Notes: generated from the letters alone by a model not told the origin. A DNA stretch of 64,000 nucleotides from Lama guanicoe (GCA_013239625.1 MU053934.1:1519285-1583284); one strand, 5' to 3'. Positions 13,681-25,895 are shown, counted from the first letter of the stretch. Made by a program: numbers and translations.

Positions 13681-13766
13681 GTAGAGATCATAAAAGGGGA
13701 AAGTTAGGAAGAACATTTTTGTGGTGTTGGAGGCCGTAGGCAAGCTTTATTTGTCTCTGTTCTCAG

Positions 13767-13936
13767 CTTCCTCTGCAGGAGTACTGTCACCCCAAAAGAA
13801 ATCTCCACCCACCACCATGCTGTTACCCGCCTCTCCAGCCAAAGCCCCTGAGACAGAGCCCATCGATGTGGCTGCTCATCTCCAGTTGCTGGGAGAGTCC
13901 CTGAGCCTCATTGGACACCGCCTGCAGGAAACTGAG
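13767..13936 (+). CDS. HMGXB4: HMGXB4 exon
   Basis: tctcag|CT..GAG|gtgagg; (A)SSAGVLSPQKKSPPTTMLLPASPAKAPETEPIDVAAHLQLLGESLSLIGHRLQETE; 170 nt. Confidence 0.95.
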
Positions 13937-14759
13937 GTGAGGACGCTGCCAGCGGCACGACTCCAGCTGCCAATACAATTTGAATCCATTTACTCACATA
14001 CGTTGATTGAGCAACTACTGTGTGCTGGATTATGCCAGGTGCTCAGGATACAGTGATAAAGAAGATAGATGGTAATAGAGACGTCTGGAGATTCGGCATC
14101 TACCTACTGGCTCTCCAAGGTTATGCTAATACCGTCCTACTGAAACAATGGCACAGAAGGAAGTTAGAATACCCTGTAACTTTTCCCCCCCAGTTTTATT
14201 GAGATATAATTGACATATAGTCCTGTCATTCATTTTTATTTTTTAAAAATGCAATGGAAAAAATGAGTCCACATCCCATGGATGCTTTGATCATTTTTAC
14301 TGCAAATTCATTTTGAATTTTTCTGTGCATTTCCAACAGGGTTTTGAATAGGCAGATTAGGTTGTACAGGGGATGGAGAGTTCCTCTACAGCTTTGAAAA
14401 TAGGCAGCAAGGGGAAGGTTAAGGTTCTCAAGCTCTTCATTACTCTGCACTTGAATTACATAGTGCTAGTACCCTAAGGAGATCTTTGTCCTTTTAAGCT
14501 TTAATTTCAAAATCACTTAACCTGCAAAGCTGTCGTGTTCCATTGCCATTACTATATTCAGTTTCTAATCATGTTGCCCCTGGGCTCACTCAGTATGTAG
14601 TATTTCAGTTTTCCACTGGGTCCTAATAAGATATTTCAGAAGAGAAATCAGTCTAAGCTACTGAAACCATTTTTCAGCTGAGAAATCAGTGTAGGAATAT
14701 GAAACTATTCACTTGCTTCTATATGGAAGCTGAATTATTATTCATCAAACAAAATGCCA

Positions 14760-14913
14760 GGGAGTGGGTACAGCTCAGTGGTAGAGCACATGCTTAGGAT
14801 GCACCAGGTCCTGGGTTCAATCCCCAGTACCTCCATTAAAAATAAAGACGTAAATAAGTCAGTCAGTCAGTCAGTCAAATTACCTGCACCCCCAAAAAGA
14901 TAAATAAAAATAA
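14760..14913 (+). mobile_element. tRNA-Ala-derived SINE (camelid vic-1-like)
   Basis: A box cagctcagtgg, B box gggttcaatcc, A-rich tail; TSD aaacaaaatgcca 14747-14759 / aaacaaaattcca 14914-14926. Confidence 0.85.
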
Positions 14914-15419
14914 AAACAAAATTCCAAAGGCCACAAGAAATGAAGCTTTGTCTAAGTTCTTTGACTAGTTTCTAAAAATTCAGTAAGTGTCAAAACAACT
15001 ACTTTCTTGTAGGCTCATGTATTTGAGTAGATATAAATATTTCCTGAATAAAATATTCAGGAATCCTTATCTATTTTTCATATTTAGACATTCTTATGTT
15101 TCCTAAAAACGTTAAAATTAAGAGTGATTTGTTTCGTTCGCCTTCCATATTCCAGATTTCTCCCTGACATTTCTATTCAGTTCAGCAAAGATTTGCTAGG
15201 TACTTAGGCATTATTTCAAAAATTGAGGGGAGCAGAAAATCTGAATAGCTTCCCGATGATTTCCTATCATCAAGAAACTCACAGACTAATTGGAAATAAA
15301 GAACAGATACATAATTAGCAAAGAAAAGAAGGCAGCTTCTGTGAGCAGTTGCTATAGAAAAGTTACATATATATATTGACCAGCAAAGGGAAAGAATATT
15401 GCAGAATCTCTAGTCCACT

Positions 15420-15630
15420 CTTTTTTCAACATAACAGTCTTATTGAGGTATAATTCATATACCATAAAGTTTACCTTTTAAAATGTAGAATTTCGTGGCT
15501 TTTAGTATAGTCACAGATCGGTGGCTCCATTACTACTGTCTAATTCGACGTCATTTTGCTTACCCCCAAAAGAAACCCCCTACTGTGTGTCAGCAGTAAC
15601 TCCCCATTCTCCCCCTACTCCACTTTTCCC
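15420..15630 (-). mobile_element. L1MB-like 3' end fragment
   Basis: ttattgaggtataattcatataccataaagtttaccttttaaaatgtag...tagtatagtcacag. Confidence 0.7.
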
Positions 15631-17964
15631 AGGCTTTAATCATTCACATAGATCTTCACAATTTTGCAGTTTCCACATACCACTTACACTGTTATTTACA
15701 TTACATTTTTAATTAAATAAATATATCCATGCTTTCACAATGATATCCTCAATATCACAAGTGTGGTATTCTAATCAAAATTGATGTATATCAAATAATT
15801 AACGTTCACCTCTATGCCACCTAGAAGCAGTAAACGTGCTATACTTTAAGGAACACTGATTTATAGTTTCCTCATTTAAAGATTAAATCCCTGAAGCCTA
15901 ATGAAATTAAGTGACTATTATTCCAAGTTTACGCAACTACCTGTGACAGAGCCCAGCTTACCTCACTTCTAAGGCCGCCCTCGTTCTGTTGTTCATGGCA
16001 CCTGAAGCAGTCAGAGCAGGGTTCAAGAGAGTTAGGGGAGTCAGGAGAGGCTTTGTGGAAGGAAAGTGGTGTTCCAGCTGGACCTGAAAGAGTGAGCAGG
16101 ATTTCATATCATGGAGATACTGGAGAGAGATGTTTTAAACCAAGAAAACAGGATATATCTGTTTCTCAGCCTTGCATGCAGAGATGGGTGAAGAGGCCTC
16201 CATCCCCACTTTAACCAGACCTTTTAGCTGTTTTATGTATTGGGGTTCCACTTAAGGTTTTATTTCATGCTAAAATGATGAAAAACTAGAACATGCAATG
16301 CACAAGGTGGGGGAAGGCTAAATATTAAGGGTATAGTCCAAATTAAAGAGGAAAGTGACTATTCAGAAACTGCAGAGAATTTTTGAGTAGGGAAGAATGA
16401 TCAGAGCTCTCATTTGGTTTTCTCTGAGAATATCATCTGTTTTAGATCGGGAGTGAAAAGAGACCAGAATTGGGGAAAAATTACAACAATAATCTAGTCT
16501 AGACATGACAAAGACTTTATTTTAATGCAGCAGATATTTACTGAGAGCTTACTCTATGTGGAACACCAGGAATTATTGGGAGGTTATAAAAAAAATGAAT
16601 AGGACTTGGTTCCTGCCCTCAGGTTGCTTATAATCCATTGGGAGAGTCAGGCATAAAATATTAGCTATAATTCTCTGCAGGGCAAAAGTAATAGGATATC
16701 TAATTACTATCTTTCATTGAATGCTCACTCAGCCATTCAGTGTGCTGTACATGGATTCTTTCTTTCAATTCACATTGCAACTCTGTAAAGCAGAATTTGT
16801 ATTCCCTTATTTTATAGAAGGGAAAACAGAGAGGTTAGGGAACATTCTCTGGAGTTTAGCCTCTCTGTGCTGAAACACAGCCTTGAGTTTGGTGGCATGA
16901 CCTCAGGGTCCATGCTCTTAACCCTTTGCTCTACTGCCTGCCTTGGAAGGAGGGGGAGACACTGGACAAGGAGGGTGAGGGAAGGAAGAGTCAGTGGCGG
17001 GAAGGCCTTGAGACTGGGCAGTCACTTGAATGGTGGTGACTAGCAGAGGAAGGGATGCTAGGAGGAAGGGTAGGGTATCTCTCTTTACAGCATGTTGAGA
17101 CTGAGAAATAACCAAAATGAAAGACCTAGCAGGCAGCCAGAAATACAGTTTTGGAGATGGTGGTGTTGGTAATAATAGTCATTGTTACCGATACTTTATC
17201 ATCTCACTAATCCCCTCCATGCTGCAGACACTGTTAGTACTGTTTTACAGGCACAACACAGGAAGCAGCGTGCCCCTTTCAATGTGTGGGGCAGCCAGGT
17301 TCTGGACCAGCAGTATTGAGCTCATTCTCTGAAGGACTCAGCTCTGCTGCCTCCTGAGGTGACAGGTCCTCAATGTATTTCTAGTCGAAGCAGATTATAC
17401 AAGAGCTGGGGAGCAGTGTTTGCAGCAAGCAGTCTCATTTCTTATCTCTTTGAATCACAGAGATATAGACAATATGAATTGTATGATTTGTCAAATGTTA
17501 AAAAAAGAAAAGTACCATCAGCTGTCAAAAAGTGGCGTCATCAGCTATACGTGGAGAATGTATGTGTCTATATTGGATGTTAATGTGCAGGGCTGTAGAA
17601 TTCTCAGCCATCATACTTGAGCTAATACAAGAAAAATACTTTTGCATACGTGGTCTCGGCAAATCTCAGCAGCTCTCCAGAGTAGATAAGGCATTTTTTA
17701 CTATTTTTAAGTATAGATTTTTTTTTAACTCTTCTTAAATGACTAACCCAAGGTCACACAGAGGGTAAGGTGGGTTAGGAATATAGAAAGGAAACCTGGG
17801 AATGTATTGAGTTATCAAAGCAGATCCCTTCCAAAACCACTGCAAGTTTCACAGAACTGCCTGAGACTTAAAGAACCATGTGAGGAAGTCACCCAGAACC
17901 TGGAGGAGCAGCAGGAGTTTGATCTGAGTTACAACCTCCTCTCATCTAACGCTGTCCCTTTCAG

Positions 17965-18087
17965 GGCATGGTGGCTGTGTCTGGCAGTCTGTCCGTGCTT
18001 CTGGACTCCATCATCTGTGCGCTTGGCCCCTTGGCGTGTCTGACCACACAGCTACCTGAGTTGAATGGCTGTCCCAAACAAGTTTTG
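17965..18087 (+). CDS. HMGXB4: HMGXB4 penultimate exon
   Basis: tttcag|GGC..TTG|gtgagt; GMVAVSGSLSVLLDSIICALGPLACLTTQLPELNGCPKQVL; 123 nt. Confidence 0.96.
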
Positions 18088-18558
18088 GTGAGTTTTCCTT
18101 GTTTCCTTGGATTTTGGGGGCCAGACCTCCGGGGAGCCAGAGAGGCCCTGCCTTAATGAGTTCTATCAGGTGCAAGCTCTTAAAGCTTCCTGGATGTAGC
18201 ACTGCCTTCAGCTGTCAGCCCGTGGAACATGGGCTTTCAGTGAAACAGAAAGCGTGCCATGTCCTAAGACATCTCTCCTTTGGAGAGAAGCGTTCTAGCC
18301 TTTAAGGTACTTCAATCCTGTGTTTCCTGTTTGCTTTTCTACAAAGCACAGGAGTCTTCTGCCTCTGTTTTACTAGGATTAACTGGAGAAGTCAGCAAAC
18401 GAGCTCCTAGCATAAAGACAACAGGAAACTATTTTCATCTCCCTCCGTTTCCTCTAAATCTAGTCTTTCTTTCCATCTCCCTCCCCTGGACAATGAAATA
18501 TGTCTCAGAGAACTAAGGAAAAGTCCTCTTCACTGAACCTTTTTCCCTTGTTTTGCAG

Positions 18559-18603
18559 TCAAACACACTAGACAACATTGCTTACATCATGCCTGGACTC
18601 TGA
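18559..18603 (+). CDS. HMGXB4: HMGXB4 last coding exon
   Basis: ttttgcag|TCA; SNTLDNIAYIMPGL then TGA at 18601-18603; the seven exons join in one open frame (1056 nt). Confidence 0.96.
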   Translation, partial: SNTLDNIAYIMPGL

Positions 18604-18710
18604 CCATAAAGCCTCCTGGGACAGAAACCTTATCCCCCCCATTGCTGGTTTGTGTATATATGACTGTTCCAGATCCCTTCGCTGGCCTCTGGGTATAGGT
18701 TTTAAATTTT

Positions 18711-18766
18711 TATATATATGCATATACATATATATATATATATATATATAATGTACAATATATACA
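18711..18766. repeat. (TA)n microsatellite in HMGXB4 3'UTR
   Basis: Interrupted TA run seen directly. Confidence 0.9.
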
Positions 18767-20573
18767 TAAGACTGTAACTACTTTGCTTTTAATAATTTTA
18801 TGAAATGGCAAAGGTTTAGCCAAGAGGAAAACCTTGGCATGAATATGGGCTTGGGATTCTTACTTCTCCTGTGGTGGATAAATCTGCCTTAAAAATCAAT
18901 GTAACTTGGGGCCTGGGGGCTTGTTCTGGATGCCAAGTGCATCTCGTTATGGACAGCTAAAATGTGATTTTTTTCCAAACTCAGTTGTACCTCCAGACCC
19001 ATCACTGACCATTTGCCTTACCTGTCTTACAGTCTGAAGTGCAATGGGAAAGATTATGGGAAGATATCAGTTAACTGAAAGTACAAAGCTTTTCAACTTG
19101 AAGTGACCTAGGTGGGAGGTGATAAAATCGTGCCCATCTTAAAGCTATTGCGATGGTTTAAGTGAACTTAGTAGGGGGTTCATTCCAATTCCTGCTCTAC
19201 CAGTGTCCACGTCTTAGTTCATTATAATCATTGGTACCATTGGCAGCCTCAGTAGGGGCCAAGGAGTTCTGTGAGCCCTGGCGAGGGTAAAAGCTGTCAG
19301 TGCCAGCAGCTGAACGGCCTATACTGTGAGCTGACCCGGGATACTTGGTCTGCAGGACCAAGAGCTGGTACCTCCCTTGGCAGCGTCAGCTTCACTCACG
19401 GTTCGGTGGCTGAGTTGTTTGGTGGTTGTAGAAGGTGCACTTTGCCCAGCCTGATTCCTGGGTTCTTCTCATTGGCTCCCCTGCTGGGTAGATAGAGTGT
19501 TCTACATTCCACATGAAAGCGAATTGCAAAAAAACGTACTCTATTCTCGTGTAGGTTTATTTATGTGCGCGTGTGAATGTGTTTTAATTATGTGTATTTA
19601 ACTCTTTAAACTCTCTTAGATTTTAATTTATCCTGTAAATTTCTGTATATATAATTTAAAAACAAGAGCCTCCACCAGCAACAGCATGTGGAAGATAACA
19701 GATTTTCATTTCTTCCTTTCTTCCTTCCTCTGGTCCCCTCTGAAAACTCCAAATCATTTACACATTAAGGTATTTGTGCCTCACAAAGGAATCATTATGT
19801 TGGGATTCTAATCCTTTCTGATTCAATAATGTCAAGAAAGTAAAATAAAAAGGAATGTTACCATTCCCAGCTGCCCTCATTTCCAAAGAACCAGACTTTT
19901 GCTTCCCAGTTCCAAAGAAGACAGTTGAGTGCTTCAGGGTCATTTTTACATTTGGTATGTGATTCCACGTCAGAACCAAGCTCTGAGATCGCTGTGCTTT
20001 CTTCCCTTGGCCTGGACGGAGCACTGCAGCATCAAAGTAGATCTCTGAGGGCAGTGCAGCCAGCCTGCATCCTATTTAATTCTTTCCTTCCTTCCCACCA
20101 GTGTGGTCACAAGGCTGTGTTTCTTCAAGGTATTCTGGGTACTGGGTGCCTTTCTCACCTCAGAGCAGCTGTGAGATTTAATTGGGGAAACAGGAATGTT
20201 TGGGAACCAAAATCAAGAAGAGCAGAAATCTTGGCTTGAGTTCATGTGTTAGAATCTGTACCAGGCCTCGTCTGCACACATGTCAGTTTCCTGTTCGACA
20301 CAGGGTATCAAGGAAGGGCCTTGAAGACATAGGTTAGTACAGAAAGAATTCAACCCTACCATTGTCATTTGTACACATTAATGAAATCCTGATGAGGAAC
20401 TGCTTTCTGTTTGTTTGTTTTCCTTTAAAATCCAACCCTATTGTATTTGTATTTAAAATTTGTACACATTTGTATAATAATCTGTTCCTTGTGGCATTTG
20501 GTACTATTAGAGGAAAAACTTTGGATTCAGACCTTCTTGCAGTTTTTATATCATTGTTTTATTTTGTTTTTTA

Positions 20574-20649
20574 AATAAATTCTAGCGGTTTGATCCAAAT
20601 CCCATTACAGTTGTATAAAGAAATAAAATTTTGTACTTATATTATTAAA
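20574..20649 (+). terminator. HMGXB4 polyadenylation signal cluster
   Basis: AATAAA 20574-20579 and 20622-20627, ATTAAA 20644-20649, several upstream TGTA motifs, T/GT-rich sequence downstream. Confidence 0.75.
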
Positions 20650-23600
20650 AATCACATTTTTAATGTTTGTAGTCGAGTCTCAGCTATCTTTTCCCTGTTA
20701 CTAACCAAAGTTGCTACGAAATTTTAAACCTGTTTTTCACACTGTATCCTACCATAATTTTCTTTTAAAAAAAAAATCAACCTGGAATAGAGGTCAAGTT
20801 TCTGATCATAGCCATCTTCCTAACAAGCATCTTGCTCTGTTTCTATTAACTTTTACATTGTGGATTCTGTCATCTTTTCTCTTTCAAACCCAGTTGCTTT
20901 GATAAGTGTAACTCTATTCATTGGCAAATGAAATTGTATGTACGTTACAGTGTCGGCCTAACTCAAGAAATACCTAGCAGTCTTGTATAAAAGTCACATC
21001 TGTATCATGCTAAATCATGTGTTTCAGTACTGTCCTGACTTAGTGATACTGGATTGGATAAGTCACTTAATCTTTATAGGCATCTGAAGTCCTATCTGTA
21101 AAATAGTGTTAATGTCACTTCCCTGTCTCCAAGCTTGCAACTAGCCAGCCTGACGTTTAGCAATAATTGTGAACATTTAATATATGAGATTGGACTTTTC
21201 AAGGTAAAAATTTCAGTGCAAACATAAGGTGTTAATAGTCATAAATAGTGAAATAGTATGATTGATTGATTGAAAGGTTCACTTATGGAGAAGCAGCAAG
21301 AAAGAGACTGCCATATTGCTGAATGACTAGAGTGATTTGCGTATTTTATCTCAGTTAATCCTCCCAAAAGCCTTATGAGTATTATCCCCCTTAATAAATG
21401 AGGAGACAGATGCAGAAAGGACTTTCCCTAAGTTTATACAGCTAGTAAATGGCAGAACCAGAATGAGCACACTGGTACAGCTGAACCCAAAGCCAAGGCT
21501 CCCCTCTCCCATAAGCCACTTTCACAGTTAAATGGTGTATGTAAATCATCAAAATCCTTCTCCATTATCTGCAGTCCTAAGCACATGTGATTGTAGTAAA
21601 ACTGTCTGAGACCTTTCCATTGTCCTTCTGTCCTAGCTGGATTTTACTATACAGACCTCACTTTTCTTGTTGCACTATTTTCATTAAACTTTAAAGGCAA
21701 AATATCTTGATTTTTGTCTAAAAGTACTTAAAGGATATAATAGATTACATTACATTTATACAATATGTAAATCCCAGGGGACTTAAACATTGACATTGCT
21801 AAAACACTTAAAAGGAAAATCAAATTAAAACAGACTTTACTATGAGTTTGTTCCTTGTTAGCAAACACTTTTAAAACATAATTTTGTACTGCACTTAATG
21901 TTTGCCATTTAGCTTCCTATCTATTGTGTTGATAAAATCCACACACTTCCATTTCTAATAGCTATACAGCAATCTGTTTGTGTGGAGTTAATATAATTTG
22001 ACTCCCTGTTTGGGGGTATATGGGTTGATTCTGCTTTTTTACCATGAAGAATAAAACTTGCGACTGCTTTATTCTCAACAGTAAAGCCAAGATGTACCCA
22101 TAATCACTTTAAACCAAAATGATGCAAGAAGGCAAGAACTTCTGGTAAATCACCACCCAACATGGAGATGTTAAAGGCTCTTAATGGAAGAATCCAAAGG
22201 AAATTCATGCTAAATATATTCCATACAAGCAATATGCTTAAATGAAGAAAAACATGGAAGGTCCCTGACATGAAGTTCCTCTTAAATGTACACTCCCCCT
22301 TTATACTCCAAATGCCATTACCAAAAGGTAGATTGATTTAAATTTTCATGTGTCATTGTGCTAGACAACAGTGAATGAAAGAGACAGAGTATCCCAGCTC
22401 TCATGGAACATCTAGGCTAGTGGGGGATGGGCATTTATTAACAGGTCTCATAAGCATTATTAAAACACTTCAAAGCACAGGCGTATGTGACCTCCATTAA
22501 GTTTGTATATTGTACAGTAAAGATGTCAGCCCCTATGGTTGCTCAGATTAACCTACAGGAGTGTGATTAAATTCTAATTCAGGTTTTCTATCCTGATTTT
22601 GTGCAGTTTACTAACCTTTCATATTCAAAATTCACAAATATGCTCAATACTAAAGCACCCTGCAGTAGCCAAACTACCAAAGCAGTGGTTATTGTATCTG
22701 TTGGAGTTCATGTCATTAGAAGCAAAAAAACATAACCAATAGATCTGACATCTAATGACTAGGTAACATAGCTGAAACGTGGCACACAGGAAGACAAGAA
22801 GATATTAGAATTACAAAGCTGGGGAAAGACTTTGAGATTCTTAATTCTTAGCTTGGAGTCCACACCTGTACCTCAGGGACCCCAGAAACTCCCTGAGGTC
22901 GAATTGTATCTCTGCCTTTGTTCTTCAGAAAGGCTCTGTTGCTTCCTAACAATTTCTCACAGGAGCCTGTGACCTTAGAAAAGAGATTGGGTCCTTGATC
23001 TAATTCCAGAATCCAGAGAAAATGGAAGCTGGCTTTTTGAATTACACAGTAAACGAAGGGCAGAGAATGGCAGGAAGCACTTGTGATATCTGTTTTCTGC
23101 CACCCTGGGCTCTAGCCCGGCCCCAGCTACAATTCGCTGAGTTGGCTCTCAGTGTCAAGGTGTCGCAAACCCCTGGCCCTTGCCTCCTATTTGGGGTAAG
23201 GAAATCTAGGCTGCAAGCAGGATATATCTTGCAGCCAGGAGACCTTGACCTCAAAGAGAAGAGTCCTGTCTGGGCAGGGAGACAGGCCAGAGAGGCTGTC
23301 AACCACAAGGGTGGGTGTGTATCACAGGGAGGTCCTAGGGGGCTAAAACTAGCAGCGAGAGATGTAGTCTGAGCTTGCTAGGTAACCTATCCAAGACATT
23401 ACCCTGGTCTGAGACTGGTTTTCCGGGTGTGTAGAGATCAAGAGACCACGCCCCTAAACCCGTTTTTTAAAGGTGGGGGCGTGGCTTAGCGAGACCCACG
23501 CCCCCAGGGCCGCAGTCACCCTACGTCGTGCGTGACGTCCACCGACGCAGAGCAAGCCGCAGTGAGGTCATCGCCCTCCGCCACCGGGAGCCGACCCTCC

Positions 23601-23681
23601 ACGTCGGGGGCGGGGCCTGAGGCCGAGCTCCAGACTCCCTCTGCCCCGCCCCAGCTGCTCCTCCTCGAGGACCGTCCGGCG

Positions 23682-23693
23682 CGTCACGTGACG
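23682..23693. promoter_or_regulatory. CLEAR/E-box element (TFEB/TFE3/MITF/USF type)
   Basis: Perfect palindrome CGTCACGTGACG containing GTCACGTGAC, ~70 nt upstream of the TOM1 ATG. Confidence 0.75.
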
Positions 23694-23764
23694 AGTCGGC
23701 GGCGCTGGCGGTTGCCGTCAGCTGATTCCCCGGCTTGGTGGCAGTGGCAACGGCAGCGGCGGCG

Positions 23765-23816
23765 ATGGACTTTCTCCTGGGGAACCCCTTCAGCTCTCCA
23801 GTGGGACAGCGCATCG
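23765..23816 (+). CDS. TOM1: TOM1 (target of myb1 membrane trafficking protein) exon 1
   Basis: GCGATGG strong Kozak; MDFLLGNPFSSPVGQRI; G|gtgagt. Confidence 0.97.
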
Positions 23817-24283
23817 GTGAGTCCCCAGGGCCCCGTGCAGCCCCAACGCAGGGCTTCTCGCCCGGCCGCGGCCCCCCGGGGCGCCTTCAGGTCCCCAGTC
23901 ACACACCGGAGCGAGGCTGGAAGGGGAACAAGGCTGGCGTGCCTCTCCCCCACTTGGCCCCGCCCATCCTCCCGCCTACTTTGATTGACAAGATTAGCGG
24001 CCCATTAGGAAGCCTCACTTTGTGGTGGATGCCTACTGCAGCCAATAAATAAGAGAAGGCGGGTCCCGGCGGCCGCGGCTCAGCCAATGTGCGGCTGCTG
24101 GGGTCGCGAGTCCAGGGAGAAAGTTTTGGGGGTTAAAGGGACTGCGTGGTTTTGCAATCCTTGGACCCCTCGGCCGTTTCCCTCGTCGCTTCCCTAGCCT
24201 GGGTCGCGCCGCCTGGGCTCTCGCCTCGTCTCCTTACTGGCTCGCCGGGCGCTCCGGACACGGATATCTGAGAAGGGCTGGAA

Positions 24284-24324
24284 ATGCATTCTCCCAGGAC
24301 CAGGAGACCAGGGCTTTGCGTCTG
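24284..24324 (+). CDS. TOM1: Candidate alternative TOM1 first coding exon (1b)
   Basis: GAAATGC start; MHSPRTRRPGLCV + TG|gtaagg; phase 2 matches the exon 3 acceptor; tandem CCAAT boxes upstream. Confidence 0.45.
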
Positions 24325-25389
24325 GTAAGGGGGGGGCAGGGAGTCCTGCCTCCCTCAGGCCCAGGCTATACGCTGGAGAACCCGCTCGACGAAGAGGCCA
24401 GGCCTTCGAAACCAAAGCCCCAGGGCGTGCCTGCCTTGGCTGCCCTCACCAGCCGGCATCAGGTGGACCGCGTAGAGTCGCAGACCCTGAGCAGGAAGTG
24501 AGCTTAGAAGCCACCTGATTCGGCCTCCCGCATTTCTCAGTAGATGGAACGGCCAAGCACTCTGGCCGAAACACAGGCCTGCTCAGAGCCCAGGTCTCAT
24601 GACTCTTATACCCCCATGTTGACAGGAAACTTAATAGGTTCTGTGACGTTGCTCTCTGTACGGAGGTCTCCTCACCTTTGATTAGGGGATAATAATGGTC
24701 CCTACTTCCCTGGGGCTGTTGTGAAGGTTAAACTCGTTAATAAGTGTAAAAGTACTTAGAAGTGCCTGGCACATGGCCAATGCTATATAAAAGGAAGTGG
24801 TACTATTTGTCATCATTGTAACTGAGATCCCACTAAGTGAGGATCGGGAATTCCTGGAAATGGCCGGACAGTCCGTCTCATAGGCACTCATTCCTGCCCA
24901 CCAGTGCAGAGAGGACCCACAGGTCATGGCCCAAACAGCTTACACTTCTTCAGGACAGCCTGGGTGTGCCTGCTTGCATGAAGAAGCCACAGGCAGTACT
25001 GTGAAACTCTCCATCTTTTTGATGGTTTTTAGCCTTAAGTCCGCCTGGGAAAATTGGATCTTTTAGACAGGACATTCTTTCCATTCTTACTGTCTTGGAA
25101 GCCAAACCTCACTTAAGTCTGTTGACCCAGCTCTGTGTTGAAATCGCCCCTGTAGCCGTTTGTGGCTCTTCTGAGGTTTTGTAATCAAAGCTCTTCAAGA
25201 AGGAGCTGGCAGTAGAGAATTTACACACCAGCAAGATCCTGGACCAAAGAGGGGAAGCTGCCCTCTCAGGACCACTGCTCCGCACACCCCCCCCAACCCC
25301 GTGTACATACACACACACACCCAGTGAGTCATTGTTTTGAAGCTGAAAAGAGAAGGCAGCTCTTTTCTCATCTTCATTTCTCCAACTGC

Positions 25390-25623
25390 AGATACCACTG
25401 CTTTCATCACAAGCCAAGTCTGAGGCTTCCTACTTTAAAAAAAAAAAAAAGAAATAACATATTTCTAAGAATTTTCTAAAAAAGCAAAATTATATACAGG
25501 GATTTAAGATACCACTGCTTTCATCACAAGCCAAGTCTGAGGCTTCCTACTTTAAAAAAAAAAAAAAGCAATCACATATTCCTCAGACTTTTCTAGAAAA
25601 GCTCATCTAGATTCCGGGATTTA
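25390..25623. repeat. 117-bp tandem duplication (likely assembly artefact)
   Basis: 25390-25506 and 25507-25623; first 62 nt identical, 13 mismatches all after the A14 run. Confidence 0.9.
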
Positions 25624-25769
25624 GATGGCCAAACAAAAGAGCTTCTCTTCTTACCCTGAAAGGTTGCCTGTCTTGGACAAGAAATACCCAGTCTGAAGAG
25701 CATGCTACTAACTCATAATACCTGAGAGCACAGACCAAGTTTTATAGCTGGAATGGACCCGTCCTTACC

Positions 25770-25895
25770 CTGCAGCTTTTCCAACCCAGGGCTCTTATCA
25801 GAATCCCCTGGAAGACTTGTTAAAACAGCAAAGGCTGGGCCCCACCCCCAGAGCTAGTGACCCTGTTGGTCTGAGGTAGCCCCTGGATTGGAAAC
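25770..25895. mobile_element. MER5A-like hAT fragment
   Basis: atcagaatcccctggaagacttgttaaaacag...gctgggccccacccccagag. Confidence 0.7.

Larger units (their letters stand above)
18604..20670 (+). other. HMGXB4: HMGXB4 3'UTR (3' end approximate)
   Basis: Follows stop codon; AU-rich, no obvious interspersed repeats, ends in a poly(A) signal cluster. Confidence 0.75.
23440..24540 (+). promoter_or_regulatory. TOM1: TOM1 CpG-island promoter
   Basis: Dense CpG; KLF/SP boxes CCACGCCCC at 23446 and 23496 and GGGGCGTGG at 23476; GC boxes near 23606 and 23644; CRE-like TGACGTCC at 23533; surrounds exon 1. Confidence 0.9.

Noticed and set aside
13771..13779. Alternative in-frame acceptor 12 nt inside an HMGXB4 exon
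   Set aside because: Would remove only 4 aa of a low-complexity linker; no evidence of use from sequence alone
14760..14835. Possible tRNA-Ala genes (also near 27610-27680, 31900-31970, 47674-47745)
   Set aside because: A-rich tails, TSDs and degenerate stems identify them as SINEs
23726..23764. Non-AUG N-terminal extension of TOM1
   Set aside because: In-frame TGA at 23723 caps it at 13 codons and the ATG has a strong Kozak context
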